Sequence record: PP777464.1
DNA: 64,000 nucleotides
Strand: one strand, 5' to 3'
The notes under the pieces are model-generated. The model did not search any database. It was not told the DNA's origin and saw only the letters and a program-made list of their open reading frames with translations. Made by a program: the position numbers and the translations under genes. Shown piece after piece: positions 1 through 8,260 of this stretch. The number at the start of each line of letters is the position of its first letter. The stretch's first letter is position 1.

Positions 1-2
1 TC

Positions 3-407
3 ATGACTACTACTAATCAAGCTCGGTCCATCGCCAACGATAAAAATCATGCTGCAATGGTCGCTGGTTACATTGAAGCTATGCAATTCAGTACTGTACA
101 CAATGAGAACGGCGATTACCTGGAAGATTATGAGTTATCTGATGAAGCACGTCAAGCGGCGGTGATTGCATGTTCTCGCTTCATTGAGAAACACGGTAAT
201 GATCTGGAAGTAGTTCGCGGTATGTTTATTGATTACGGTTATGAGCAAGCTGGTCATGATCTGTTCCTTACCCGCGAAGGTCACGGAACTGGTTTTTGGG
301 ATCGTGGTTTAGGTCACTATGGCGATGTATTCACGAAGTACTGCGAAGAAATCAACGTTTGCGATCCCTATGTAGGCGATGATAATCTAATCTATATGGG
401 CGAATAA
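3..407 (+). CDS. Conserved phage early protein, acidic, with GHDxxLTRxGHGxGFWDR motif; function unknown
   Basis: 134-aa ORF with AGHDLFLTREGHGTGFWDRG, a motif I recall from other phage hypothetical proteins; upstream context cut by window edge. Confidence 0.7.
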   Translation: MTTTNQARSIANDKNHAAMVAGYIEAMQFSTVHNENGDYLEDYELSDEARQAAVIACSRFIEKHGNDLEVVRGMFIDYGYEQAGHDLFLTREGHGTGFWDRGLGHYGDVFTKYCEEINVCDPYVGDDNLIYMGE

Positions 408-413
408 AAGTAT

Positions 414-441
414 TTGACAAAGTATATCAGTACTGTATAAT
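414..441 (+). promoter_or_regulatory. Early sigma70 promoter
   Basis: TTGACA 414-419, 16-bp spacer containing CAGTACTG, TATAAT 436-441; leader hairpin GGGGAGA-actat-TCTCCCC 454-472. Confidence 0.85.
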
Positions 442-496
442 AGTTTACATCAAGGGGAGAACTATTCTCCCCACACCAATAAAAGGAAACAAAATT

Positions 497-769
497 ATGT
501 CCAGCTACTCCGCTACTATGATCATTAAAGATATGAACGGTAATCCTACTTCTGCTGGTGGATCATTTGGAAATATTAACTTAGATGGGCGGTTATCCAT
601 GCAATCAGCCATCGATACAGCGAAAGAAGTTTTTAAGAATGAATGTACTGTTAGTAAGCTGGATTATATGGGATTCGCTATCGAGAAAACTACTCGTTTT
701 GTGAACTACAAAAATCCACTGATGATTGATACTAACCTGAAAGCTAACGAAGTGGGGTACTTATTATGA
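497..769 (+). CDS. Hypothetical early protein
   Basis: 90 aa, AAGGA SD, directly behind promoter 414. Confidence 0.8.
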   Translation: MSSYSATMIIKDMNGNPTSAGGSFGNINLDGRLSMQSAIDTAKEVFKNECTVSKLDYMGFAIEKTTRFVNYKNPLMIDTNLKANEVGYLL

Positions 770-957
770 CAGTAGAAGAAGTTAAAAAAGTACTGGCAGT
801 ACTACGATATCATAATCATTGCAAGGTGAAGAATGATCCTGATTATCTTGATTCATCCCTGGAGGAAGACACCTTGAACGCTATAAGCCATATGCAGACA
901 TTAGCAAAGCGTATGACTGAAAAGAACATGCCGGACTATATCGGAAATAAAATTTAA
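766..957 (+). CDS. Hypothetical early protein
   Basis: 63 aa, ATGA overlap with upstream stop. Confidence 0.7.
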   Translation: MTVEEVKKVLAVLRYHNHCKVKNDPDYLDSSLEEDTLNAISHMQTLAKRMTEKNMPDYIGNKI

Positions 958-964
958 AAAGTAC

Positions 965-992
965 TTGCATTGTAGTTAGATTAACGTATAAT
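965..992 (+). promoter_or_regulatory. Early sigma70 promoter
   Basis: A-tract, AGTACT 960-965, TTGCAT-16-TATAAT; leader hairpin 1005-1026. Confidence 0.85.
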
Positions 993-1044
993 GTTTTATA
1001 TCGAGAGGGGGAAATGGTTTCCCCTCAAGTCCAGGAGATACACC

Positions 1045-1308
1045 ATGAACACTATCGAAATCACTATCAATGCACACGTATACGACAACGTAGTACTGCA
1101 AACTACTATGACCGCCAATGATACCAGTACTTTGCGGAATACTGTTATTAGTGCCGTATGTGCCGCTATCGGTGATGTCGCCCTGGAAAATGCAAAACAC
1201 GTAAACGATGGTTTCACTATGTGCAAACGTGATAACGCAAAACATATCATCGTGGAAGGTTACGGCGGTGTAGAATTTAATGTTTATATGAAAAAAGTAC
1301 TTGCATAA
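1045..1308 (+). CDS. Hypothetical early protein
   Basis: ORF 991-1308; start moved to ATG 1045 (AGGAG SD; upstream part is promoter/hairpin). Confidence 0.8.
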   Translation: MNTIEITINAHVYDNVVLQTTMTANDTSTLRNTVISAVCAAIGDVALENAKHVNDGFTMCKRDNAKHIIVEGYGGVEFNVYMKKVLA

Positions 1309-1328
1309 TAACTAAAACAAAGTATAAT
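1301..1328 (+). promoter_or_regulatory. Early sigma70 promoter
   Basis: AAAAAAGTAC-TTGCAT-16-TATAAT; hairpin GGGGGAG-atatc-CTCCCCC 1339-1357. Confidence 0.85.
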
Positions 1329-1375
1329 GTTTTGCATAGGGGGAGATATCCTCCCCCACTAAAAGGAGTAATAAA

Positions 1376-1600
1376 ATGGCTAACTTTGATGAACTGATGC
1401 GGGAAGTAGCTAACCTGGCAGAAGAGAAGAAATCATTCGATTCTATCTATAACACCGCTCACCGTGATTCAGTACTGGCATGTAACCAGGATCAAAAAGA
1501 TGAACTAATCGCCACCTATCATGAAGCATGGAAGTACTACCGACAATGGGAGAAAGAAGAAAGTGAGTCTACCATTGACGGCCTCAATAATCTAATCTAA
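1376..1600 (+). CDS. Hypothetical early protein, helical
   Basis: 74 aa, AAGGAG SD. Confidence 0.8.
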   Translation: MANFDELMREVANLAEEKKSFDSIYNTAHRDSVLACNQDQKDELIATYHEAWKYYRQWEKEESESTIDGLNNLI

Positions 1601-1619
1601 AAGTTTTATTTCAGTACTA

Positions 1620-1648
1620 TTGACATAGCTTGATAGTACTGATGTAAT
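1620..1648 (+). promoter_or_regulatory. Probable early sigma70 promoter
   Basis: TTGACA 1620-1625, TGTAAT 1643-1648, AGTACT upstream and in spacer. Confidence 0.6.
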
Positions 1649-1676
1649 AACTTTACTAACTACAAGGGGAAACATA

Positions 1677-1934
1677 ATGGATCAGTTCACACAATATCGG
1701 GTAAATCCACAAGCTATGGCCTACGTAGAAGACCATAAAACGTTACCAGTACTGCAACCAGTTAAAGGCCATATCTATCGTGCAATGTCGTGGTGTACGG
1801 CCCAGGATGGCTATAAAACCGTAGCCGTGGGTATGTATTGCGGTGATGGTGAATGGTTTGATCCAAATAATCCGGTAGCCATTGACAGTACTGAAAAAAT
1901 GAAATGGGCCGACTACATCGAAGATATTTCATAA
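1677..1934 (+). CDS. Hypothetical early protein
   Basis: 85 aa, AAGGGG SD. Confidence 0.8.
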   Translation: MDQFTQYRVNPQAMAYVEDHKTLPVLQPVKGHIYRAMSWCTAQDGYKTVAVGMYCGDGEWFDPNNPVAIDSTEKMKWADYIEDIS

Positions 1935-1941
1935 AAACTAT

Positions 1942-1969
1942 TTGACAGTACTAACCAATAATGTATAAT
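1942..1969 (+). promoter_or_regulatory. Early sigma70 promoter
   Basis: TTGACA-16-TATAAT, AGTACT overlapping -35; hairpin GCGGGGGAA-tag-TTCTCCCGC 1982-2002. Confidence 0.85.
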
Positions 1970-2024
1970 GTTTTACATAGAGCGGGGGAATAGTTCTCCC
2001 GCCAATAGTTTGGAGTAAAACATT

Positions 2025-2225
2025 ATGTCTATCGCTATCGCCCTGGTTGAAGTACTGAAAGAAGCTAAAGCCAACCAGATCGACGTAAAGATCCAGGAAC
2101 TACAAAACGGCTTAATCGGCTGTACTTGTACCGCTGGTGGAGCGGCAGACTATCGAGAACACGAATCACTCGAATCACTGGTTCGGTATCTTACCATGAT
2201 CGTTGATGATTGGAGAATCATCTAA
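2025..2225 (+). CDS. Hypothetical early protein
   Basis: 66 aa, GGAG SD. Confidence 0.8.
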   Translation: MSIAIALVEVLKEAKANQIDVKIQELQNGLIGCTCTAGGAADYREHESLESLVRYLTMIVDDWRII

Positions 2226-2240
2226 CAAAAAAGAATAAAA

Positions 2241-2268
2241 AAAGGGATTGACTCCGGTCAGTCCCTTT
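2241..2268 (+). terminator. Hairpin terminator overlapping a promoter (TTGACT 2248-2253, TATTAT 2271-2276)
   Basis: AAAGGGATTGAC-tccg-GTCAGTCCCTTT 12-bp stem after a stop codon. Confidence 0.7.
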
Positions 2269-2388
2269 GCTATTATATACGCATAGACAAAAACTAGCCC
2301 ACAGGGTGCATAGGTGTATCCAAAATATATAGTTAATAACGGTGAGTAACTATCTGCTGGTGGAACTAAAACTATTAATAAAAAAGTA

Positions 2389-2417
2389 TTGACAAAGTAT
2401 ATCAGTACTGCAATAAT
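2389..2417 (+). promoter_or_regulatory. Early sigma70 promoter
   Basis: TTGACAAAGTATATCAGTACTG identical to promoter 414; AATAAT -10. Confidence 0.75.
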
Positions 2418-2470
2418 GTATCTCGTAGGGCGGCAATGGTGCGACGGCCCACAAAGTTAGGAGATTCACC

Positions 2471-2803
2471 ATGAGTACTTCAATCGCTATCGTTAAAGCT
2501 TTCATCCGTACTAATGTTTCCTCTGTATTCATCGACGGCCTCGACCGTAACGTAGAATACTCAATCATTATCGCACAAACGGCAAACGGTTCTCGGTACA
2601 TCCTGAATGATAGTGAAGCAAATCACTACTACTTCACTAAAGCCACTGGCTTTAAACGCATCGATGCTGATGTAGTATACGCTAAGATGAATAAGCTGGT
2701 AGATAAGATTAACGCTAAAGGTACTATAGATTTACAGTACTGGACCGAAACCGATCCAGAGTATGGATCTCACCGCTACCTGAATCCAGGTATCAAAATG
2801 TAA
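2471..2803 (+). CDS. Hypothetical early protein
   Basis: 110 aa, AGGAG SD. Confidence 0.85.
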   Translation: MSTSIAIVKAFIRTNVSSVFIDGLDRNVEYSIIIAQTANGSRYILNDSEANHYYFTKATGFKRIDADVVYAKMNKLVDKINAKGTIDLQYWTETDPEYGSHRYLNPGIKM

Positions 2804-2810
2804 AAAGTAC

Positions 2811-2838
2811 TTGCATAGTACTTAGATTCATGTATAAT
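2811..2838 (+). promoter_or_regulatory. Early sigma70 promoter
   Basis: TTGCAT-16-TATAAT, with AGTACT at 2806 and 2817; hairpin GAGGGGGAA..TTCTCCCTC 2851-2872. Confidence 0.85.
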
Positions 2839-2892
2839 GTTTTACATAGAGAGGGGGAAATGGTTCTCCCTCCTAAATTAAGGAGTTTTATC

Positions 2893-3294
2893 ATGACCTT
2901 CTCAATCACTTCCTTCGCTGACGTTTTAGTACTGGCCCGGACTTTTGGTAAAGATGCACTGGAGTACGCTGTAAGTAATGGCACTATCCAACCGGAACAG
3001 TGCCGCATCATTGGAAACTGCAAACGTTGGGCGGTTTCCAATACTATTGCACTGGAAAACTTCCACGATGGCAACAATGAATATTCTGTTGATGTAGTAT
3101 TCGAAGCCGTTGATCTCGGCGGTATCTATAATACTAACCTGAATGATGTGCGTATCGTTCGCACTGGGTTCGGTGCTTATGATGTATCTATTCGTGAAGC
3201 TATGAACACCGGATACATTAGCAAGGACTTACTTGCTCACATCATGCAGCTGTGTACGGAACGTAACGAAGCACGCACTATCTTAGGACTGTAA
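2893..3294 (+). CDS. Hypothetical early protein
   Basis: ORF 2830-3294; start moved to ATG 2893 behind AAGGAG. Confidence 0.8.
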   Translation: MTFSITSFADVLVLARTFGKDALEYAVSNGTIQPEQCRIIGNCKRWAVSNTIALENFHDGNNEYSVDVVFEAVDLGGIYNTNLNDVRIVRTGFGAYDVSIREAMNTGYISKDLLAHIMQLCTERNEARTILGL

Positions 3295-3318
3295 GCGTTA
3301 CACATCACCAAACATCAT

Positions 3319-3338
3319 AGGCCGCCTTGTAGCGGCCT
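3319..3338 (+). terminator. Intergenic GC hairpin (terminator or processing site)
   Basis: AGGCCGC-cttgta-GCGGCCT, weak U tract. Confidence 0.5.
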
Positions 3339-3362
3339 TAACTATATCAGGAGTACATACAC

Positions 3363-3572
3363 ATGATCTATACAGTATACAACGTTCTAGGCACTATTGC
3401 AGGCGTACATGATAACGTCGATGGTGCTATGCGTACAGTACTGCAACAGGTTCCACTAAAGCCTAAGACCATTAAGCAGATGACAGCACGACTAACCAGG
3501 GCGACGGCTGGCGTGGAAGTATGGCAGGACTATGGGGATACACAGATAATCGTAAGCGTAACGAAGGATTAA
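3363..3572 (+). CDS. Hypothetical early protein
   Basis: 69 aa, AGGAG SD. Confidence 0.75.
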   Translation: MIYTVYNVLGTIAGVHDNVDGAMRTVLQQVPLKPKTIKQMTARLTRATAGVEVWQDYGDTQIIVSVTKD

Positions 3573-3596
3573 TGCGTAAAAGGATTTAGTACTGAA

Positions 3597-3668
3597 TCAT
3601 AAAAAAGTCAAGGCATTTTTAAACTTCAGCGTTAAAAAAATGCATAGGTAATCCCTTGACTTTTATGA
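3597..3668. repeat. Nested imperfect inverted repeat
   Basis: TCATAAAAAAGTCAAGG / CCTTGACTTTTATGA enclosing GCATTTTTAAAC / GTTAAAAAAATGC. Confidence 0.65.
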
Positions 3669-3763
3669 ATAAAAAGGGATTGGACTATGGCAAAATGCGT
3701 AGGGGGCTAAAGGGCGGGTAACCTTAGCGACTTCGATAAAGGGGTATTACTTATAAAATGTTA

Positions 3764-3791
3764 TTGACTTTTTATATGAATCGTATATTAT
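3764..3791 (+). promoter_or_regulatory. Promoter for F1 array
   Basis: TTGACT 3764-3769, 16 bp, TATTAT 3786-3791; GGAG SD before 3822. Confidence 0.6.
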
Positions 3792-3821
3792 TGGATTGAT
3801 ATTATTTTTAATGGAGTCCCT

Positions 3822-4019
3822 ATGCGTATTTTAACTCAAGAAGAGCACAACCACACACTCATATCCAACATGGCATATATCCTACATATGTCACATATCC
3901 GTGGTATTGCATATAAGCGTGAATTGGTTATGAAACTTTTCATAGGAACTAACTATCAAGAAAAGTATATCGAACTATACTTACAAGAATTACGAAGGGA
4001 CATAAAAGGTAGACTATGA
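3822..4019 (+). CDS. F1 paralog 1
   Basis: FIGTNYQEKY. Confidence 0.88.
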   Translation: MRILTQEEHNHTLISNMAYILHMSHIRGIAYKRELVMKLFIGTNYQEKYIELYLQELRRDIKGRL

Positions 4020-4216
4020 AAATGCGTATTTTAAATAAAGAAGATTATCAAGAACTGTTACGTAAAAACATGGTAAAGATTTATAACACAGACACAAACT
4101 TAGAACGAATTGAGTTATACCTTTTGATTACATTGGGTACAAGCTATCAGGGAAGATGGGTGATTCAATATATGGATGCATTGAAAAATGAAATATTGTC
4201 CACGAGGAAACAATGA
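4016..4216 (+). CDS. F1 paralog 2
   Basis: LGTSYQGRW. Confidence 0.88.
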   Translation: MKMRILNKEDYQELLRKNMVKIYNTDTNLERIELYLLITLGTSYQGRWVIQYMDALKNEILSTRKQ

Positions 4217-4422
4217 AAACTATAACACGAACCCAATCATTCGGTCTTATCTTGAAATACATGGACTTAATGTTTGATATCAGCAAAGACCTTTCTAAAA
4301 CTGAAATCCAAGTTGCAAGAGCAGAGATCCGCATGTTGGCTGTACTGAACACAAACCATCAGGAAGAGTATGTTGACGATTGGATTCATTTTTTAATAGA
4401 AGATATTAAGAGTAAACTATGA
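4213..4422 (+). CDS. F1 paralog 3
   Basis: LNTNHQEEY. Confidence 0.88.
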   Translation: MKTITRTQSFGLILKYMDLMFDISKDLSKTEIQVARAEIRMLAVLNTNHQEEYVDDWIHFLIEDIKSKL

Positions 4423-4631
4423 TTTTTTTAACACCAGAAGAATATAAGATACGTTTTGTTTCTGTCCAGAATAAAATCTTAATTATATACAATTCAAATG
4501 CAGACCTTAACTTATCAAGGGTATTAGAAAAAGATTTACTTATGGGTGCATTTTTGGATACAGACTTTCAGGTGTATTATGTAGGGGAATACTTAATTGC
4601 ACTCCAGAATTACATTAAGAGTAAACTATGA
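4419..4631 (+). CDS. F1 paralog 4
   Basis: LDTDFQVYY. Confidence 0.88.
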   Translation: MIFLTPEEYKIRFVSVQNKILIIYNSNADLNLSRVLEKDLLMGAFLDTDFQVYYVGEYLIALQNYIKSKL

Positions 4632-4840
4632 ATAGCATTAACTCAAATCTATATACCGAACGCGTCGCTGCAAGACAACTTGAAATTCTCATAGTATATG
4701 AAGAGACTGAGGATTTGAACTTAGCATTAGTATTGGAAAATGATATACTATTGGGTGCATTCCTCGGCACAGACTATCAGGAGCACTTCTTGAATGAGTA
4801 TATAATTGCACTCCAGAAATACATTAAGAGCAAACTATGA
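4628..4840 (+). CDS. F1 paralog 5
   Basis: LGTDYQEHF; close sister of paralog 4. Confidence 0.88.
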   Translation: MNSINSNLYTERVAARQLEILIVYEETEDLNLALVLENDILLGAFLGTDYQEHFLNEYIIALQKYIKSKL

Positions 4841-5055
4841 AACATTTAAGTAATTCCGAGAAGAATAAAATTATCATTGCTGCAATAAACAAATATTTTA
4901 CACTTCCTCACACAGAAGGTTTATGTGTAAGGGAACACAGGATAAACACCACCGATATACGCATGATGGCTGTACTGGGGACGAACTTTCAGGAAGAGTA
5001 TGTTGTTGCACACATAGTTGCCCTCACTGATTTAATAAGGGACAAATGCAAATGA
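4837..5055 (+). CDS. F1 paralog 6
   Basis: LGTNFQEEY. Confidence 0.88.
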   Translation: MKHLSNSEKNKIIIAAINKYFTLPHTEGLCVREHRINTTDIRMMAVLGTNFQEEYVVAHIVALTDLIRDKCK

Positions 5056-5270
5056 AAGACATAAACACCCAAGAATATCTTAAACGATTAGAACAAGGGA
5101 AGAACTTTAGACTTCAAGTTTACGATGATGAATCACTAACATCCAATGAAAAGTATGTTATACTAACAGACTCAACATTAATACCATTTGTAGGAACAAA
5201 CTATCAGGAGGTTATGGTTGACAACCACATCACGGCCTTAAAATGTCATGTCAGGGATTTAGGTAAATGA
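5046..5270 (+). CDS. F1 paralog 7
   Basis: VGTNYQEVM. Confidence 0.88.
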   Translation: MQMKDINTQEYLKRLEQGKNFRLQVYDDESLTSNEKYVILTDSTLIPFVGTNYQEVMVDNHITALKCHVRDLGK

Positions 5271-5524
5271 AACACTTAACACTAGATGAATATGAAACTA
5301 TAGTCCGTAAACTAACCCCTATAGCAAGGATAGTCTACGATGACCCCAGCCTTACATGGAACCAAATGCGAGCTAAAGTTAATGAGCTATGGTTGCTGTA
5401 CTTTATGGGGACTCAATATCAAGATAAGTTTTGCACAGAATATGTCGAACAATTAATGAATGTTATACAGGATAAACTAGATGATTATTGGCTCACAAAA
5501 CATGAAGACTTTATCAGGAGTTGA
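5267..5524 (+). CDS. F1 paralog 8
   Basis: MGTQYQDKF. Confidence 0.88.
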   Translation: MKHLTLDEYETIVRKLTPIARIVYDDPSLTWNQMRAKVNELWLLYFMGTQYQDKFCTEYVEQLMNVIQDKLDDYWLTKHEDFIRS

Positions 5525-5753
5525 GTATCAAACTGCCCTATTCTCTTTAATCCATGCCCTTAGAAAAAACAATGCCTTACATGGTGCACCTGAAGTGGAT
5601 GTTATCAACGGTGAACTTTATCTTATGAAATTCATTGGAACAAACTATCAAGATCTGTTCATTCAACGATACTTATCAGCATTAAGAAACCAAATCCAAT
5701 ATAAAACCCAGAGAGCCAAAAAAGAATGGAATAAAAAATGCGACACAGACTAA
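5502..5753 (+). CDS. F1 paralog 9
   Basis: IGTNYQDLF; start moved from 5481 to match family N-terminus MKTLSGVEY. Confidence 0.85.
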   Translation: MKTLSGVEYQTALFSLIHALRKNNALHGAPEVDVINGELYLMKFIGTNYQDLFIQRYLSALRNQIQYKTQRAKKEWNKKCDTD

Positions 5754-5989
5754 ATCACAAAATGTATTGTAAACTATTACAGACACTGGCACAGAAACAC
5801 TATGACACGGTATCTGGAATATTACCCTATGATATCATGCGTTTACTTCACTGTGAGGCCGAGATGCTTGTACTGATGACAGGCACAGATAAAAACGCAA
5901 TTGCCAAATCAATAGATATGTTCATCGAAGCACAATGTCAACACATTAGAACCGAGATATGGAGGCGAGAGAATGATAACACTAAATGA
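5738..5989 (+). CDS. F1 paralog 10 (divergent)
   Basis: MTGTDKNAI, motif degenerate. Confidence 0.75.
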   Translation: MRHRLNHKMYCKLLQTLAQKHYDTVSGILPYDIMRLLHCEAEMLVLMTGTDKNAIAKSIDMFIEAQCQHIRTEIWRRENDNTK

Positions 5990-6188
5990 GTATCAGTATC
6001 ATTGGAGGTTACAAGCTATAAGAAGGAAAGTTGTTAGTATTTCTTTAGACAAGTCTATTGCACAAGAGGACAAATGTGTTATAATAGCTGAAATGAAGTT
6101 GGGTGCATTCGTAGGAACAAACTATCAAAACATCTACACTGACGTATTGTTAAGTGCCTTACGTAACAAGGTGATATCAAAAGAATGA
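5973..6188 (+). CDS. F1 paralog 11
   Basis: VGTNYQNIY. Confidence 0.88.
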   Translation: MITLNEYQYHWRLQAIRRKVVSISLDKSIAQEDKCVIIAEMKLGAFVGTNYQNIYTDVLLSALRNKVISKE

Positions 6189-6403
6189 GAAAATTACAAG
6201 GCTTTGAATACATCAGACTCCTGAAAACATGTGCCAACAGAAGAGTAAAGATTCAATCTGATAAGAGCATCCCTGCCAACCTAAAACATGCATTGATAGC
6301 TGAACTCTATGCAGGGGCACTCATAGGGACAAACTATCAACAAATGTATATAGACATGTGGGTTGATGCATTAGTCAAGGAGATCCAAAGTAAATGCAAA
6401 TGA
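6185..6403 (+). CDS. F1 paralog 12
   Basis: IGTNYQQMY. Confidence 0.88.
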   Translation: MRKLQGFEYIRLLKTCANRRVKIQSDKSIPANLKHALIAELYAGALIGTNYQQMYIDMWVDALVKEIQSKCK

Positions 6404-6642
6404 TTAATTTAAGTAAATCTGAATATAAAGAACGCCAAGCAAAAATCTTACCTAAACTTAATGAAATCCATTTCGGTGAAGTAAACAAACACGAAAATAA
6501 GATGATTATGAAGCGTGAGACAAAGCTATGTGCATTCTTAGGAACTAACTATCAGGAGTATTATGTAGAGGAATATATAATTACACTTAAGAAATACATT
6601 GGAAGTAAACTAAGTAAACGTGCGAGAAATGCAAATGATTAA
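6394..6642 (+). CDS. F1 paralog 13
   Basis: LGTNYQEYY. Confidence 0.88.
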   Translation: MQMINLSKSEYKERQAKILPKLNEIHFGEVNKHENKMIMKRETKLCAFLGTNYQEYYVEEYIITLKKYIGSKLSKRARNAND

Positions 6643-6847
6643 TTTAAGTAAAGATGAATATTATGAACGTCTTGCAAAAACTTATCCAGCACGTAACGCC
6701 GTTTATAATAGTAACATTATTGAACGCTCAAAGAAGTTGATTGTAGTAAATGAGATTAAGATGCTTTCAGTCTTAGGAACAAACTATCAAGAGAATGCTG
6801 TACTGTTGTTAATTGATGCCCTCAAGAGAGAGATACAAAGTAAATGA
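6629..6847 (+). CDS. F1 paralog 14
   Basis: LGTNYQENA; MQM start at 6629. Confidence 0.88.
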   Translation: MQMINLSKDEYYERLAKTYPARNAVYNSNIIERSKKLIVVNEIKMLSVLGTNYQENAVLLLIDALKREIQSK

Positions 6848-7092
6848 TTAATTTATCTTTCCATGAATATCAAAAACGTTTAAATGCATCAAGGGATATA
6901 AGGATTCAAATCTTCAATAACAAAAGATTGAAACCTGACACCAGAAGAATCAAAATAATAGAAGCAGAGTTATGCAACTTCCTGGGGACGAACCATCAGG
7001 AAGGTAAGATAAAAAACTATCTTAGAGAACTCATGATTTGTATCGAAAATAAATGTGAGGTTGATGAACATGCAAATGATCAATTTAAGTAA
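6844..7092 (+). CDS. F1 paralog 15
   Basis: LGTNHQEGK. Confidence 0.88.
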   Translation: MINLSFHEYQKRLNASRDIRIQIFNNKRLKPDTRRIKIIEAELCNFLGTNHQEGKIKNYLRELMICIENKCEVDEHANDQFK

Positions 7093-7333
7093 AGATGAAT
7101 ATACCGAGCGTATGACAAAAATTACGCACAAACGTAATACAATCTATCACAACCCAGAAATTCAACACAGTAAGAAAATGATTATGATGCGTGAGTTAAA
7201 GATGGGTGTATTCTTAGGAACAAACTATCAAGAGCCAGAAGTAAATCGATTAATTGCTGAGTTACTATTGGAAATCAAAGGTAAGCTGTACTTTTATCAA
7301 ATGACCCAACCACTGAGGTGTACTGATCGATGA
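7070..7333 (+). CDS. F1 paralog 16
   Basis: LGTNYQEPE; MQM start at 7070 behind GAGG. Confidence 0.88.
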   Translation: MQMINLSKDEYTERMTKITHKRNTIYHNPEIQHSKKMIMMRELKMGVFLGTNYQEPEVNRLIAELLLEIKGKLYFYQMTQPLRCTDR

Positions 7334-7581
7334 ATGCGATGAATATTGTGAATAACATCAGATTAGCAGAAAGATTTGATAGAATTGGGGAAGCACTGAG
7401 AAGATACGATAAAGAATATGGTCATTTGAGCTTTTCTATAGAAAAGAGATATGAACTTGAAGCAGAGTTTAAAATGCAGAGTCTCTTAGGCACACAGTAT
7501 CAAAACCAATATATTCAAACTTGGATTGATTGTTTAATCCAGACAATTTATGTAAGAAACATTAAATGCAAAATGAAATGA
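7330..7581 (+). CDS. F1 paralog 17
   Basis: LGTQYQNQY. Confidence 0.88.
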   Translation: MNAMNIVNNIRLAERFDRIGEALRRYDKEYGHLSFSIEKRYELEAEFKMQSLLGTQYQNQYIQTWIDCLIQTIYVRNIKCKMK

Positions 7582-7802
7582 TATACTTAACACATGATGA
7601 GTTAACAGAAAGACTAGATAAATCCAAAAGACTTACAAATCAACTTCCTCACAACCCAAACCAAACCCCAGCGGAAAGGAGTGCAGAAGTTTTATTCCAA
7701 AGATTACCATACCTTCTTGGAACTGATAGGCAAGAGTATCATGTTGAACGTATAATTAAATATCTCAAAATTACTATTATGGAAAAAGTAAATGCAAAAT
7801 GA
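7566..7802 (+). CDS. F1 paralog 18
   Basis: LGTDRQEYH. Confidence 0.88.
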   Translation: MQNEMIYLTHDELTERLDKSKRLTNQLPHNPNQTPAERSAEVLFQRLPYLLGTDRQEYHVERIIKYLKITIMEKVNAK

Positions 7803-8049
7803 AATGAAATACTTAACAGACGATGAGTTAAAAGAACGATTAATTAAATCCAGAAAACTTACAAATCAACTTCCAAACGACACAAACAAGTCACATGCCG
7901 AAAGGAGTGCAGAAGTTTTATACATTCAACTCCTGTACTTTCTTGGAACTGACAGACAAGAGTATTACATTGAAAGTATGCTTCGATATCTTAAATTCTC
8001 TATAAAGGAAAAGGTACATGCTCAAGAATTTAAAAATCCTAACAGTTAA
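7792..8049 (+). CDS. F1 paralog 19
   Basis: LGTDRQEYY; close sister of paralog 18. Confidence 0.88.
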   Translation: MQNEMKYLTDDELKERLIKSRKLTNQLPNDTNKSHAERSAEVLYIQLLYFLGTDRQEYYIESMLRYLKFSIKEKVHAQEFKNPNS

Positions 8050-8260
8050 TGAATATCATAAGATTGTAATGAAAACTAATAGTGCAATATCTAAAAAATC
8101 AAACCCAAAGTACATACTGGAACACACATTCGAAGAACGTCAATTAGCTTTAGTTGAAGCAAAACTTCTTGCACTCCTAGGAACAAACTATCAGGAAGAA
8201 TACATCAGAAAACTAATATACCTTTTAACTAAACACATCAGGAAAAGAAAAAAAGCATGA
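8018..8260 (+). CDS. F1 paralog 20
   Basis: LGTNYQEEY. Confidence 0.88.
   Translation: MLKNLKILTVNEYHKIVMKTNSAISKKSNPKYILEHTFEERQLALVEAKLLALLGTNYQEEYIRKLIYLLTKHIRKRKKA

Larger units (their letters stand above)
414..2872 (+). repeat. Dispersed repeat family: early promoter + G-rich leader hairpin cassette (5 clear copies, 2 variants)
   Basis: AAAAGTA(C/T)TTG(CAT/ACA)-16-TATAAT-GTTT(T)ACATAG..GGGGGA(A)..T(T)CTCCCC at 414, 965, 1301, 1942, 2811; variants at 1620, 2389; exact 22-bp repeat TTGACAAAGTATATCAGTACTG at 414 and 2389. Confidence 0.85.
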
